Positions 8,872 to 18,383 of a DNA stretch of 64,000 nt are shown here, piece after piece. The stretch lies in assembly GCA_963743975.1 (NCBI GenBank), contig CAVURS010000004.1, positions 411,931 to 475,930 of the forward strand. Direction: 5' to 3'. The notes below the pieces were generated by a model. That model was not told where the DNA came from and did no database searches. It saw nothing but the letters and a program-made list of their open reading frames with translations. The DNA comes from an uncultured Actinomycetota bacterium. Lineage in GTDB: Bacteria > Actinomycetota > Actinomycetes > Actinomycetales > CAVURS01. Made by a program: the position numbers and the translations under genes. Positions within the stretch are counted from its first letter, which is position 1. The number at the start of each line of letters is the position of its first letter.

Positions 8872-9770
8872 CCGAGATCATCCAGCCGGTCGGCTCGACC
8901 GCGACCAGGTCAAAGACCACGACCGTGCGCCCGAACCGGTCCGGGCTCAGCGCGGGTCAGGTCATCGCCCGGGTGGTCATCTGGGTCGTGCTCGTCGCCT
9001 TCGCACTGGCGGTGATCTATCCGCTGCTGTGGATGGTGTTCAGCGCCCTGAAGACCAACACCGAGATCTTCGGCCGGCCGTGGGGCCTGCCGGGCGCGTT
9101 CCGGTGGCACAACTTCGTCGACGCCGGCAAGGCCGGGGTGGTGCGCTACTTCACGAACAGCGTCATCGTGACCGCCGCCTCGATCCTCACGACGACGCTG
9201 CTCAGCGCGTGGGCGGCGTACGGGCTCACCCGCGTCAAGGTCCCGCTGGCCGGCCCGGTGCTGCTCTTCCTGCTCGGCGGCCTGATGCTGGCGCCGACCG
9301 TGGCCCTGGTGCCGCTGTTCGGCCTGCTCCAGCAGATGCACATCTACAACACGTACTGGGCGCTGATCGTCCTCTACACGGCGTTCCGCATCCCGTTCAC
9401 GACATTCTTGATCCGCGCGTACATGGTCGACCTGCCACCTGACGTCGACGAGGCCGCCATCATCGACGGAGCCTCCCGGGCCCAGATCTTCTGGCGCGTC
9501 ATCCTGCCGATGTGCCGGCCCATCCTGGTGTCGGCGGCGCTGTTGCAGGCGCTGTTCGCGTGGAACGAGTTCGTCTTCGCTCTGGTCTTCATCAGCAGTG
9601 GCAGCCTGAAGACGCTGCCCGTAGGGCTGGTGGACATGCAGAGCCGGATGCTGACGAACTGGCCGGTCATGTTCGCCGGGCTCACCATGGCGGCGCTGCC
9701 GATGATCGTGATCTTCCTCATCGGACAGCGACAGTTCCTGCGCGGGCTGACCGACGGGATCGGCAAGTAG
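8868..9770 (+). CDS. ABC transporter permease (MalG/UgpE-like)
   Basis: In-frame GTG 8868 overlaps the upstream stop (GTGA). EAA loop: DEAAIIDGASRAQIFWRVILPMCRP. The upstream part of ORF 8484..9770 overlaps the previous gene out of frame. No ATPase gene is in the operon. Confidence 0.9.
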   Translation: MTEIIQPVGSTATRSKTTTVRPNRSGLSAGQVIARVVIWVVLVAFALAVIYPLLWMVFSALKTNTEIFGRPWGLPGAFRWHNFVDAGKAGVVRYFTNSVIVTAASILTTTLLSAWAAYGLTRVKVPLAGPVLLFLLGGLMLAPTVALVPLFGLLQQMHIYNTYWALIVLYTAFRIPFTTFLIRAYMVDLPPDVDEAAIIDGASRAQIFWRVILPMCRPILVSAALLQALFAWNEFVFALVFISSGSLKTLPVGLVDMQSRMLTNWPVMFAGLTMAALPMIVIFLIGQRQFLRGLTDGIGK

Positions 9771-9800
9771 CTCGCCCGGGCGGTCCCGCCGCGGAGCGGA

Positions 9801-10898
9801 TCAGGCCGACCGCAAGGCCCGTTGGCGGCGAGGGGGCGGACCGATCGACTCGCGGTCGAGCCAGGTGGTCTCGAGCACGTGCTCGCGCGGTCGGACCGCC
9901 TCGCCACGGACGTGGGCGACGAGCAGGCTCGCCGCCAGCCGACCCATCTCGTAGACCGGCTGCGTGATCACGCTCAGCCCGGGCTCGACGACGTCCGCCC
10001 AGTCGGCATCGTCGAAGGCCACCAACGAGACGTCGCGCGGCGCCTCGAGACCGACATCGCGCAGCGCGAGCAGGACGCCGAGCGCATTCGTGCTGTCCGT
10101 CGCGAACAGAGCGGTCGGGCGCTCGCGCAGCCGGAGCAGCCGTTCGGCCTCCTGACGGGCCGCCGTGAGGTGGAAGTCGGCGGTGCCGATGTACTCGGGG
10201 CGGTACTCGATACCTGCCGCCTCCAGTGCCTGGCGGTAGCCCTGGCAGCGGTCCTTGGTCGTCGAGACGCCCACCTCCAGGTCCGTCGCGTGGATCGACA
10301 CCTCCATCTCGGCGACGCCGGTGACCATGGCGATCCTGGTGTGCCCGGCGGCGATCAGGCGCTCGGTCGTCTCGCGGGCCGCCTTCACGTTGTCGATCTG
10401 GACGACGTCGACGTCCATCCCGGGCACCCGGCGGTCGAGCAGGACGAGAGGGACCCCGGCCGCGTGCGCTGCACGCAGGTGCCCGGCCGGGTCGAGCGAC
10501 GCGGGGGTGACCACCATCCCGTCGACCCGCCGCTCCTGGAACACCTTCACGGCGGACTGCTCGGTGGCCGGGTCCTCATCGGTGTTGGAGAGGATGACCT
10601 GGAATCCGTTGCTGCGAGCCATGTCTGTGAAGCCCCGCATGGCGCGGGCGAAGAACGCGTTCTCGATGTCCGCGACAACGGCGCCCAGCGTGTTCGTGCG
10701 ACCGGTCTTCATCGACCGCGCGACGCCGTTGGCGTGATAGCCCAGCTCGGCGGCGGCGGCCTGGACCCGCTCGGCGGCGTCCTTGCTGACCACCCCGTAG
10801 CCCGCGAGCGCCCGGGACGCCGTCGATCTCGACACCCCGGCCGCCCGGGCCACGTCGTGAATGGTCGGCGCGCCATGACCGCGGGCCGGGGTCGACAT
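9801..10898 (-). CDS. LacI family transcriptional regulator (second copy)
   Basis: Inner ATG 10898 of ORF 9801..11525. HTH: PTIHDVARAAGVSRSTASRAL. Sugar-binding core: LGAVVADIENAFF, VAFDD. Confidence 0.9.
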   Translation of the reverse strand: MSTPARGHGAPTIHDVARAAGVSRSTASRALAGYGVVSKDAAERVQAAAAELGYHANGVARSMKTGRTNTLGAVVADIENAFFARAMRGFTDMARSNGFQVILSNTDEDPATEQSAVKVFQERRVDGMVVTPASLDPAGHLRAAHAAGVPLVLLDRRVPGMDVDVVQIDNVKAARETTERLIAAGHTRIAMVTGVAEMEVSIHATDLEVGVSTTKDRCQGYRQALEAAGIEYRPEYIGTADFHLTAARQEAERLLRLRERPTALFATDSTNALGVLLALRDVGLEAPRDVSLVAFDDADWADVVEPGLSVITQPVYEMGRLAASLLVAHVRGEAVRPREHVLETTWLDRESIGPPPRRQRALRSA

Positions 10899-10964
10899 GG
10901 CGCTGAATGTACCGCACCCCTTGACCGCTCCCCGGCGACACTGGGATCGTTTGCCTACCAATGG

Positions 10965-10978
10965 TGGGAACGTTCTCA
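10965..10978. promoter_or_regulatory. Candidate LacI operator (TGGGAACGTTCTCA)
   Basis: 14-bp palindrome with one mismatched pair and a perfect GAACGTTC core, in the divergent LacI/MFS intergenic region. It shares TGAGAACGTT with the sites at 3584 and 3606. Confidence 0.5.
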
Positions 10979-11024
10979 ACATGTGAGCCGAAGGCTGGGT
11001 GCGCAGGTGTCGCGGGTGTGGCGG

Positions 11025-12272
11025 ATGGCCCTCCGGCAGCTCCAGCCGAGCGTGGATGATCCGCTGCCGCGGACCTTCTGGTGGCTCTGGTTGACGAACC
11101 TCCTCATCTGGTGCAGCCGGCTGGTCGTGCCGTTCCTGATGGTCTTCCTCACGCGCGACCTCGGCTGGTCGGTCTCGGCCGCGTCGGTGGTCTTCGCGGC
11201 GTACGGCGTAGGCGGCGCGGTCGCGGTCCTCGCGGCCGGCGCCGTCGTGGACCGGATCGATCCGCGGCGCACCCTGCTGCTCGCCCTTGCCGGGTCGACG
11301 GCCGCAACGGTCGCGCTCAGCCTGGCCCGGCAGCCGGTCGTGGTGGCCGTGGCCCTGGTCCTGCTCGGCGCCTTCCTGAACGGAATCGGGCCCTCGACGA
11401 ACGCCATGCTGTCGGAGCTCGTGCCGCGCCGGCTCCGCATTCACGGCTTCGCGGTGAACTACCTCGGCGTCAACCTCGGGTTCGCGATCGCCCCGGTGAT
11501 CGCCGCTCTGCTGGCGTCGTGGCACTTCCGGGCGATCTTTCCGGCCCAGGCGATCGGGCTCACCCTGGCGGCGGTGCTCACGTACCGCTGCCTGCGGCCA
11601 CCGGTGCGGGCCGAGCCGCTCCCGCCTGCGGTGCCGGTCGGCCCGCGGGGCGGACCGTGGTCGGACCGGCCGTTCGTCGGTTTCCTGACCGCCAACCTGG
11701 TCTTCCAGGTCGTCTACGTCCAGTCAACCGTGACCCTGCCCGTCATCATGCATCGGCAGGGGCTGTCCACCACCGATTTCGCAGCGCTGCTGACCCTGAA
11801 CGGCGTTCTCGTCCTGGTGCTGCAGCTGCCGGTCATGCCGCTGCTGACCCGCTGGTCCGCACCGTGGGCGCTGGTCGTGGCGGCCGTGGTCAACGCCGTC
11901 GGGTTCGGGTGTCCCGCCTTCGCTCACACCTGGGTGGAGTACGCCGGCTGTGTGCTGCTGTGGACGCTGGGGGAGCTGGTGAACATGCCCGTCGCCGCGG
12001 CGATGGCCGCGGACCTCGCGCCGGCCGGGCAGAGCGGCCGCTACCTCGGTGCCTTCTCGTCGACGTGGATCGTCGCGGTGCTTGTCGGGCCGGTGCTCGG
12101 CGCGACGACGCTAGACCGGTTCGGAGGACGAGGGGTCTGGTTCGGTTGTGTTGCCGTTGGTCTCGGTGGCGCCGCCCTGCGGGCCTGGACGGCGCCGGGG
12201 ATGCGCCGTCGGCTGGCGGCCGCCGCGGCCGACCTGCGTCCCGGACTGCCCGCCTTGCTGCCGCCACCGTGA
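11025..12272 (+). CDS. MFS transporter
   Basis: Inner ATG 11025 of ORF 9822..12272. It has about 12 hydrophobic segments, and the loop 2-3 motif region DRIDPRRTLL is typical of MFS. Confidence 0.8.
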   Translation: MALRQLQPSVDDPLPRTFWWLWLTNLLIWCSRLVVPFLMVFLTRDLGWSVSAASVVFAAYGVGGAVAVLAAGAVVDRIDPRRTLLLALAGSTAATVALSLARQPVVVAVALVLLGAFLNGIGPSTNAMLSELVPRRLRIHGFAVNYLGVNLGFAIAPVIAALLASWHFRAIFPAQAIGLTLAAVLTYRCLRPPVRAEPLPPAVPVGPRGGPWSDRPFVGFLTANLVFQVVYVQSTVTLPVIMHRQGLSTTDFAALLTLNGVLVLVLQLPVMPLLTRWSAPWALVVAAVVNAVGFGCPAFAHTWVEYAGCVLLWTLGELVNMPVAAAMAADLAPAGQSGRYLGAFSSTWIVAVLVGPVLGATTLDRFGGRGVWFGCVAVGLGGAALRAWTAPGMRRRLAAAAADLRPGLPALLPPP

Positions 12273-13456
12273 GCGGCTCCTACGCCGAGCTGCTCCGGGT
12301 CCCGCGCGTTCCCGCCGTGCTGGCATCGGCCCTGCTCGGACGGCTGCCCTCGGCGATGATGACGGTAGCCATCGTCCTGGCCGTGACCGGTCACGGTGGC
12401 ACGTACTCCCGGGCCGGCATCCTCACCGGTGCGCACGCCGCCGGGGCAGCCGTCGCGCAGCCGTTCGTGGGCCGGTTGCTGGACCGGGTCGGCCGTACCC
12501 ACGTCCTGCTGCCTCTGGCGGTGGGCTTCGCAGCGAGCTGCGCCCTCCTGATCGGCTGCCTGGACCGGCCGCTGCTCGTGGCCGCCGGGCCGGCGATCCT
12601 CTCCGGTGCGACGCTGCCTCCGCTGAGCGCCGCGGGGCGGGCGGCCGTGCTCGAGCTCGTGCCTCCGGCCGTGCGTCAGCAGGGACTGGTGCTCGACACG
12701 ACGCTGATGGAGCTGGTGTTCGTCCTGGGGCCGCCGTTCGCCGCCGCTCTGTCGGCGGTCTCGCTGCCGGCTGCGGGTGTGGCCGGGACGGGGGCGATCG
12801 GAGCCGGCGGGACGCTCGCCTTCGTCGGCGTCTCGCGGGGGACCGCGGGCGAGGCATCCGCCGACGGATCGTGCAGTGACCCGATCACCACCCGACCAGG
12901 CTCGCCGGACGCCGATCGGCCGGCCGCCGTTGGTCGGGCTCCCGGCGTGCGGACCCTGCTCGCGCGGTTCGTCCTGACCGCGGCGCTGTTCGATGCCGCG
13001 TTCGCCTCGGGCAACCTGTCGGTGCTGGACGAGGCGCGTCACTCGGCCATCCCGGGTGCCGTGCTGTTGGCGCTCTGGGCCGGCGGATCGATGACCGGTG
13101 GCCTGCTCTTCGGGCTGCGCTCGCGCCGGCCGGTTCCGTTGCGGGTCATGGTGCTGGCGGTCAGCGCTCACCTGGCGGTTCTGGCCTGCGTGCCACGGGC
13201 CGAGCTCACGCCCCCCGTACTCTTCCTCGGCGGTCTGGTGATCGCCCCGACCCTGGCCGTGCTGTTCGAGCGGCTCGGGGCGGCGGTGCCGGTCGGGCGG
13301 CGCAACGAGGCGTACAGCTGGCTGACGACCGGGTTCCTGGTCGGCGCCGGGGTCGGCGCGGCGTTCGGCGGCTGGCTGCTCGGCCGCGTCGGTGTCCACG
13401 AGACGATCGCGTTCTCGACGCTGTCGATGATGGCGGCCGCGGCGGTGGCGCCGTGA
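12269..13456 (+). CDS. MFS transporter (second, translationally coupled)
   Basis: GTG 12269 overlaps the upstream stop (GTGA) and is in frame with ORF 11081..13456. It has hydrophobic repeats and the GRLLDRVGRTHVLL loop motif. Confidence 0.8.
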   Translation: MSGSYAELLRVPRVPAVLASALLGRLPSAMMTVAIVLAVTGHGGTYSRAGILTGAHAAGAAVAQPFVGRLLDRVGRTHVLLPLAVGFAASCALLIGCLDRPLLVAAGPAILSGATLPPLSAAGRAAVLELVPPAVRQQGLVLDTTLMELVFVLGPPFAAALSAVSLPAAGVAGTGAIGAGGTLAFVGVSRGTAGEASADGSCSDPITTRPGSPDADRPAAVGRAPGVRTLLARFVLTAALFDAAFASGNLSVLDEARHSAIPGAVLLALWAGGSMTGGLLFGLRSRRPVPLRVMVLAVSAHLAVLACVPRAELTPPVLFLGGLVIAPTLAVLFERLGAAVPVGRRNEAYSWLTTGFLVGAGVGAAFGGWLLGRVGVHETIAFSTLSMMAAAAVAP

Positions 13457-14160
13457 GCGCAGGGATGTGCGACGCCGCACCGGGAGGACGCTCAGTGGAG
13501 AACGACGTCGAGCTCGTCATCTTCGACTGCGACGGAGTGCTCGTCGACAGCGAGCCCATCTCCGCCCGGGTGGGTGCGCGGGTCCTCACCGACCTGGGGT
13601 GGAGCGTCACGGCGGAGGAGCTGATCCGCCGGTTCGCCGGGTGCACCGACGCGTACTGGCGGGCCACCGTGGAGGCCGAGCTCGCGCGGCCGCTCGACGA
13701 CGACTGGGACGCGCGGTACCGGCCCTGGTACGAGCAGGCCTTCGACGCCGAGCTGCGCCCGGTTGCCGGAGCGCTCGCCGCGGTGCAGGCCCTCGCGGTC
13801 CCCTTCTGCGTGGCCTCGAACGGCTCGCACGAGAAGATCCGCGCCAACCTGCGGCGTACCGGGCTGGCTGAGGCGTTCGAGGGGCGGATCTTCAGCGCGC
13901 AGGACGTGGCCCACGGGAAGCCGGCCCCTGACCTGTTCCTGCATGCGGCACACACGATGGGGGTCCCACCGGAGCGCAGCGTCGTGGTGGAGGACTCGCC
14001 GACCGGCCTGACCGCGGCCCGGGCGGCCGGCATGCGGTGTCTCGCCTACGCGAGCGGGCTCATCCCCGTCGAACGCCTCGAAGGGCCGGACACCACGGTG
14101 TTCGAGGACATGCGACGCCTCCCCGAACTCGTCGGACTCCTCAGCGGTCGTTCGGGTTGA
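13453..14160 (+). CDS. HAD-IA family hydrolase (beta-phosphoglucomutase/phosphatase-like)
   Basis: 235-aa ORF with motif I (VIFDCDGVLVDSE), motif II (ASNGS) and motif III/IV (VVVEDSPTGLTAARAAGM). Confidence 0.85.
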   Translation: MSAGMCDAAPGGRSVENDVELVIFDCDGVLVDSEPISARVGARVLTDLGWSVTAEELIRRFAGCTDAYWRATVEAELARPLDDDWDARYRPWYEQAFDAELRPVAGALAAVQALAVPFCVASNGSHEKIRANLRRTGLAEAFEGRIFSAQDVAHGKPAPDLFLHAAHTMGVPPERSVVVEDSPTGLTAARAAGMRCLAYASGLIPVERLEGPDTTVFEDMRRLPELVGLLSGRSG

Positions 14161-14248
14161 GCCCGTCGACGCTTCCACGTCGTGGCGCACCACGGCGTTT
14201 GACCCGATGTGGGCGTGCTCGCGGTCAGGAGCTCAGACAGCGACTCTG

Positions 14249-14325
<77 letters not shown>

Positions 14326-14381
14326 TGGTCCGCCGAGCCCGGTCAGGATAGCCGAGCGCGGTCAGGGCCGACCCGAATCGG

Positions 14382-15337
14382 TTAGCCCCCGGCCGCGGTC
14401 AGCGTCATCAGGGTCGCCTCCGGCGGGCAGGCGAACCGCACCGGCGTGTACGGCGACGTCCCCAGGCCGGCCGAGACGTGCAGCCAGGCCGCACCGGCCG
14501 GGGCCGGCCGCAGCGCCGAGCGCGGGTCCAGCCCGGCCTCGGGCCACCACCGGGAGAGCCCGGACGCCCGGTGCCGGTCCAGGTCGCAGTTCGTCACCAG
14601 CGCGCCGTACCCCGGCACGCAGAGCTGACCGCCGTGCGTGTGACCGGCCACCAGCAGCCGGGCGCCGTCGCGGGCCATCGCGTCCAGCACCCGCTGGTAC
14701 GGCGCGTGCATGACGCCGATCGTCAGGTCAGCCGCCGGATCGGCCTGTCCCGCAACGCTTTCGTAGCGGTCGAAGCGCATGTGCGGGTCGTTCACCCCGA
14801 CCAGCTCGACGTCCAGGCCGCCCACGCGCAGCACGGTCCGCGCGTTGTCCAGATCGGTCCAGCCGGCCGCCGTCAGCCCCGCGACGAGGTCGTCCGTCGG
14901 CAACCGGGTGCCGACGCGGCGCCGGCCGATGATCTCGCCGGAGGTAGCAGCGCCGGGTTCTTGGGCGTCGGCGCCCAGTAGTCGTTCGAGCCGAGAACGA
15001 ACACGCCGGGCAGCTCCAGCAGCGGCTCCAGCGTCTCCAGGGCCATCGGCACCGCCTGCAGGTGGGCCAGGTTGTCGCCGGTGTCGACGACCAGGTCCGG
15101 CCGCAGGTCGGCCAGCGAGCGCACCCAGTCGCGCTTGCGGGCCTGGGCCGGAGTGATGTGCAGGTCGGACAGGTGCAGGACCCGCAGCGGCCGGGCTCCC
15201 GGCGGCAGCACCGGCACGGTCACCCGTCGCAGCCGGAACCAGTTGCGCTCGATCCCCGCGGCGTACCCGAGGGCGGCGACCCCCGCCGCCATCCCGGCCG
15301 CGCCGACGCCGAGGGTCGCGCGGGTCAGCCGGTGCAC
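14382..15337 (-). pseudogene. Metallophosphoesterase (membrane-anchored, calcineurin-like); one frame break near 14945
   Basis: The N-terminal part is ORF 14873..15337 (LRVLHLSDLH, VDTGDN, GSNDYW). The C-terminal part is in the frame of ORF 14382..15773 (VGVNDPH, IGVMHAPY, VAGHTHGGQ). Its position next to the PBP matches the mycobacterial arrangement as I remember it. Confidence 0.8.
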
Positions 15338-15372
15338 CCGGACAGTCTCGCAGCCGGTGGGAGACTGCGGGC

Positions 15373-15828
15373 ATGAGCTCGCTGAAGGAGACCCTGCGCT
15401 CGGACCTGACCGAGTCGATCCGCGCCCGTGACGAGCTGCGCGCCGCGACCCTGCGGATGGCGCTGACCGCCGTCACCAACGAGGAGGTCGCGGGCAAGCA
15501 GGCCCGCCAGCTCAGCGACGACGACGTGCTGTCGGTGCTGACCCGCGAGGCCAAGCGCCGGCGCGAGGCGGCCACGGCGTACGACGAGGCGAAGCGGCCG
15601 GAGCTGGCCGACCGCGAGCGGGCCGAGCTCGGGGTGCTCGAGGGGTACCTGCCGGCCCAGCTCTCCGACGCCGACCTCTCCGCGCTGGTCGCCGGCGTCA
15701 TCGCCGAGACCGGCGCCGAGGGGCCCCGGGGCATGGGCCTGGTGATGAAGGGCGTGCAGCCGAAGGTCGGCAAGCGAGCCGACGGCGGCCGGGTCTCGGC
15801 CGAGGTACGGCGCCAGCTCGGCCTCTAG
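15373..15828 (+). CDS. GatB/YqeY domain-containing protein
   Basis: 151-aa ORF. Sequence MSSLKETLRSDLTESIRARDELRAATLRMALTAV...KGVQPKVGKRADGGRVSAEVRRQL is the typical YqeY pattern. Confidence 0.85.
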   Translation: MSSLKETLRSDLTESIRARDELRAATLRMALTAVTNEEVAGKQARQLSDDDVLSVLTREAKRRREAATAYDEAKRPELADRERAELGVLEGYLPAQLSDADLSALVAGVIAETGAEGPRGMGLVMKGVQPKVGKRADGGRVSAEVRRQLGL

Positions 15829-18143
15829 CAGGTCGCCGCTGACGGGCAGACGACCTTCTTGCACGGGGCGCCACCGCCACCGCCACCGCCAGGACCGCCA
15901 CCGCCGCCGGGGCCGCCACCCTTGGTCGTCGGACCACCGCTCGGGGTGTTGCCGGGCTGGGTCGGGCCGCCCGTCGGGGTGTTGGTCGGCGTGGGCTTGG
16001 GCGCGCTGCCGATGATCGAGAACGGCGGCCGGTCGAAGCTCTCCGGGGAGAGGTTGAGCAGGTCGACCATCTTGCTCATCATCGTGTGCCAGATCGGGCC
16101 CGCGGTCTGGCCACCGAAGGCCTCGCCGGGCAGATTGTGCCCGTTCCCGACGTTCTGGCCGTTCAGGGACCGGTTCGGGATCGTCGGGTGCCCGACGTAC
16201 ACCGCGGTGGACAGCTGCGGGGTGTACCCGACGAACCACGCCTGCTTGTTGTCGTTCGTCGTCCCGGTCTTGCCGGCGGACTCGCGGCCGGCCAGGCCGA
16301 TGCCGGGAGCGGTGCCGCCGGCCAGCACGACCTTCTGCAGCGCCGACGTCACGCCCTCGGCGACACCCTTGTCGATGGCCTGCACGCAGTTCGCGCTCGG
16401 CGCCGTGTACTTCTTGCCGGACGCGCTCGTGATCGAGGTGATCGCGATCGGCTGGCAGAACTTGCCGTCGGCCGCGAACGCCGCGTACGCCGCGGCCATC
16501 GTCATCGGCGCGATCAGGTTCGTGCCCAGGGTCATCGAGGGGATCTGCAGCAGCTTGGTCGTCGTCCCGCGGTAACCGGCCTGGTGCACGCCCAGCGAGT
16601 CGGCCATCTGGGTGACCTTGCAGATCGTGACCTGCTGCTCGAGCTTGGCGAACGCCGTGTTGATCGAGGCCGCGGTCGCCTTGTACAGGCTCACGTTGCC
16701 GACCGCGCCGCCCTCGTCGTTCTGCGGGCTGTACTCACCCGGCGGGGTGCCGACCGGGTCGCCGTTGCAGTCGCGGTACCCGCTGATCGTCGCCTGGCTG
16801 GGCGGTGCCGCGACCGTGCTGTTGAGCGTCATGCCGCTCTTCAGCGCCGCGGCCAGCGTGTACGGCTTGAACGACGAGCCGGTCTGGAAGCCGCCGGACC
16901 CGCCGTACGCGTAGTCGGTGTTCCAGTTGACCGTCGTGTAGCCCCAGCCCAGGTGCTTCTTGGCCCGCTTGGCGGCGGCCTCGACGGCGGCCGTCGGCCA
17001 GCGCGAGGCCTGGACCATCGAGATGATCTTCCCGCTACCGGGCTGGATCGTCGTGGCGGCGGCTCCGACCTTGTTCTTGTTGTTCGGCGTGACGAACTCG
17101 ATCGCCTTCTGCGCGGCGTCCTGAGCCTTGGGCTGCAAGGTCGTTCGGACGGTGAGACCCCCGCGCTGCAGTGCGGCCGCCCCGATGCCGTCCGTCGTGC
17201 TGAGGATGCGGCGCACGTAGTCGCAGAAGTACGGGTAGCGCGACGCCGAGCAGTCGTTGCCGGTGATCCCCTTGTGCAGCACGATCTTCGACGCGATCGC
17301 GGCGTCGTGCTGCTTCTGGGTGATGTCGTGCAGCGCGAGCATCCGGCCGATGACCGTGTTGCGCCGGGCCACGGCCGCCGTCATGTTCGTGTAGGGGTCG
17401 TACGTGCTCGGGGCCTGGACCAGGCCCGCCAGCATGGCCGCCTGCTGCAGGTTGAGCTTGCTGGCGCTGATCCCGAAGTAGTGCAGCGCGGCCGACTGCA
17501 CGCCGTACGTGCCCGAGCCGAAGTACGCGATGTTGAGGTAGCCCTGCAGGATCTGCTGCTTGCTCATCGTCTTCTCGAGCGAGACGGCGTACTTCAGCTC
17601 CTGCAGCTTGCGGGCGTACCCGTTGGTGCCCGACCGGTCGGTCGCCGCGCGCGCACACTGGATGTCGTTGTCGGCCAGGCAGTTCTCGACCAGCGTGAGC
17701 TTGACGAACTGCTGGGTCAGCGTGGAGGCGCCCTGAGTCCCGGCGCCCTGGCTGTTGTTGACCAGGGCGCGCACGATGCCGTGCGGGTCGATGCCGCCGT
17801 GCTGGTAGAACCGGTCGTCCTCGATCGCCACGATGGCCGTCTGCATGACGGGGGCGATCTGGGTCAGCGGCACGACGATGCGGTTCTCGTCGTAGAACGT
17901 GGCGATGACGCTGCCGTCGGCGGCCAGGATGCGGGACTGCTGCGCGAGCGGCGTCTGCTTGAGCTCCGCGGGCAGCGAGTCGAACGCGTGCACGCCGGCC
18001 CGCGCCGTGGCGCCGACGGCCCCGACCGCCGGCATGAACAGGCCGGCGCCGAGCAGGCCCGCGACCAGGCTGGTCGCCAGGAACCCGGCCAGCAGGGTGA
18101 TCACCCCGCCCACGTTGGTGGTACGGCCGTTTCCCGCGCTCAT
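15825..18143 (-). CDS. ponA: Class A penicillin-binding protein (bifunctional transglycosylase/transpeptidase)
   Basis: 772-aa intact ORF. GT51 motifs: EDDRFYQHGGID, RKLQELKY. Transpeptidase motifs: SSFKP (SxxK), KTGTTND. It has an N-terminal TM anchor and a C-terminal Pro/Thr then poly-Gly tail ending in three Cys. Confidence 0.95.
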   Translation of the reverse strand: MSAGNGRTTNVGGVITLLAGFLATSLVAGLLGAGLFMPAVGAVGATARAGVHAFDSLPAELKQTPLAQQSRILAADGSVIATFYDENRIVVPLTQIAPVMQTAIVAIEDDRFYQHGGIDPHGIVRALVNNSQGAGTQGASTLTQQFVKLTLVENCLADNDIQCARAATDRSGTNGYARKLQELKYAVSLEKTMSKQQILQGYLNIAYFGSGTYGVQSAALHYFGISASKLNLQQAAMLAGLVQAPSTYDPYTNMTAAVARRNTVIGRMLALHDITQKQHDAAIASKIVLHKGITGNDCSASRYPYFCDYVRRILSTTDGIGAAALQRGGLTVRTTLQPKAQDAAQKAIEFVTPNNKNKVGAAATTIQPGSGKIISMVQASRWPTAAVEAAAKRAKKHLGWGYTTVNWNTDYAYGGSGGFQTGSSFKPYTLAAALKSGMTLNSTVAAPPSQATISGYRDCNGDPVGTPPGEYSPQNDEGGAVGNVSLYKATAASINTAFAKLEQQVTICKVTQMADSLGVHQAGYRGTTTKLLQIPSMTLGTNLIAPMTMAAAYAAFAADGKFCQPIAITSITSASGKKYTAPSANCVQAIDKGVAEGVTSALQKVVLAGGTAPGIGLAGRESAGKTGTTNDNKQAWFVGYTPQLSTAVYVGHPTIPNRSLNGQNVGNGHNLPGEAFGGQTAGPIWHTMMSKMVDLLNLSPESFDRPPFSIIGSAPKPTPTNTPTGGPTQPGNTPSGGPTTKGGGPGGGGGPGGGGGGGAPCKKVVCPSAATC

Positions 18144-18222
18144 GGCGGCCAGGGTAACCGCCCATCCTGGTGACGGCGCTCAGCGCGAGGCGCGCCGCGA
18201 TGCCCCCGACCGGCGTATCAGG

Positions 18223-18239
18223 GTCACTGACTAGTCACT
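18223..18239. promoter_or_regulatory. GTCACT-N5-GTCACT direct repeat containing the palindrome TGACTAGTCA, in the ponA/whiB divergent region
   Basis: Read directly as GTCACTGACTAGTCACT. It is an AT-richer island inside a 240-bp intergenic region. Function not established. Confidence 0.25.
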
Positions 18240-18383
18240 CATGGTCGGCAAGATGGCCCGGTCGGGCTCTTTCGGCGTTCAGCACGAATACGTACCGTCA
18301 TCAGTGATCGGGGGATCGGTTCGTCGGCGTGATGAGGCGCCGGACGCGAGCCACGGGGATATTGGCTTTCAGGAAGAGACGAC

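Noticed and set aside
2335-14248. Genomic island integrated at tRNA-Pro
   Set aside because: The accessory sugar and MFS block abuts the 3' side of the tRNA. However, I see no integrase, no transposase and no direct repeat of the tRNA 3' end. There is also no obvious compositional shift. It is treated as lineage-specific gene content, not a mobile element.
18144-18383. Crp binding site upstream of whiB (Crp-whiB regulation is known in mycobacteria)
   Set aside because: I searched the intergenic region by eye for TGTGA-N6-TCACA-like inverted repeats. I found only GTCACT direct repeats, so no Crp site is claimed.
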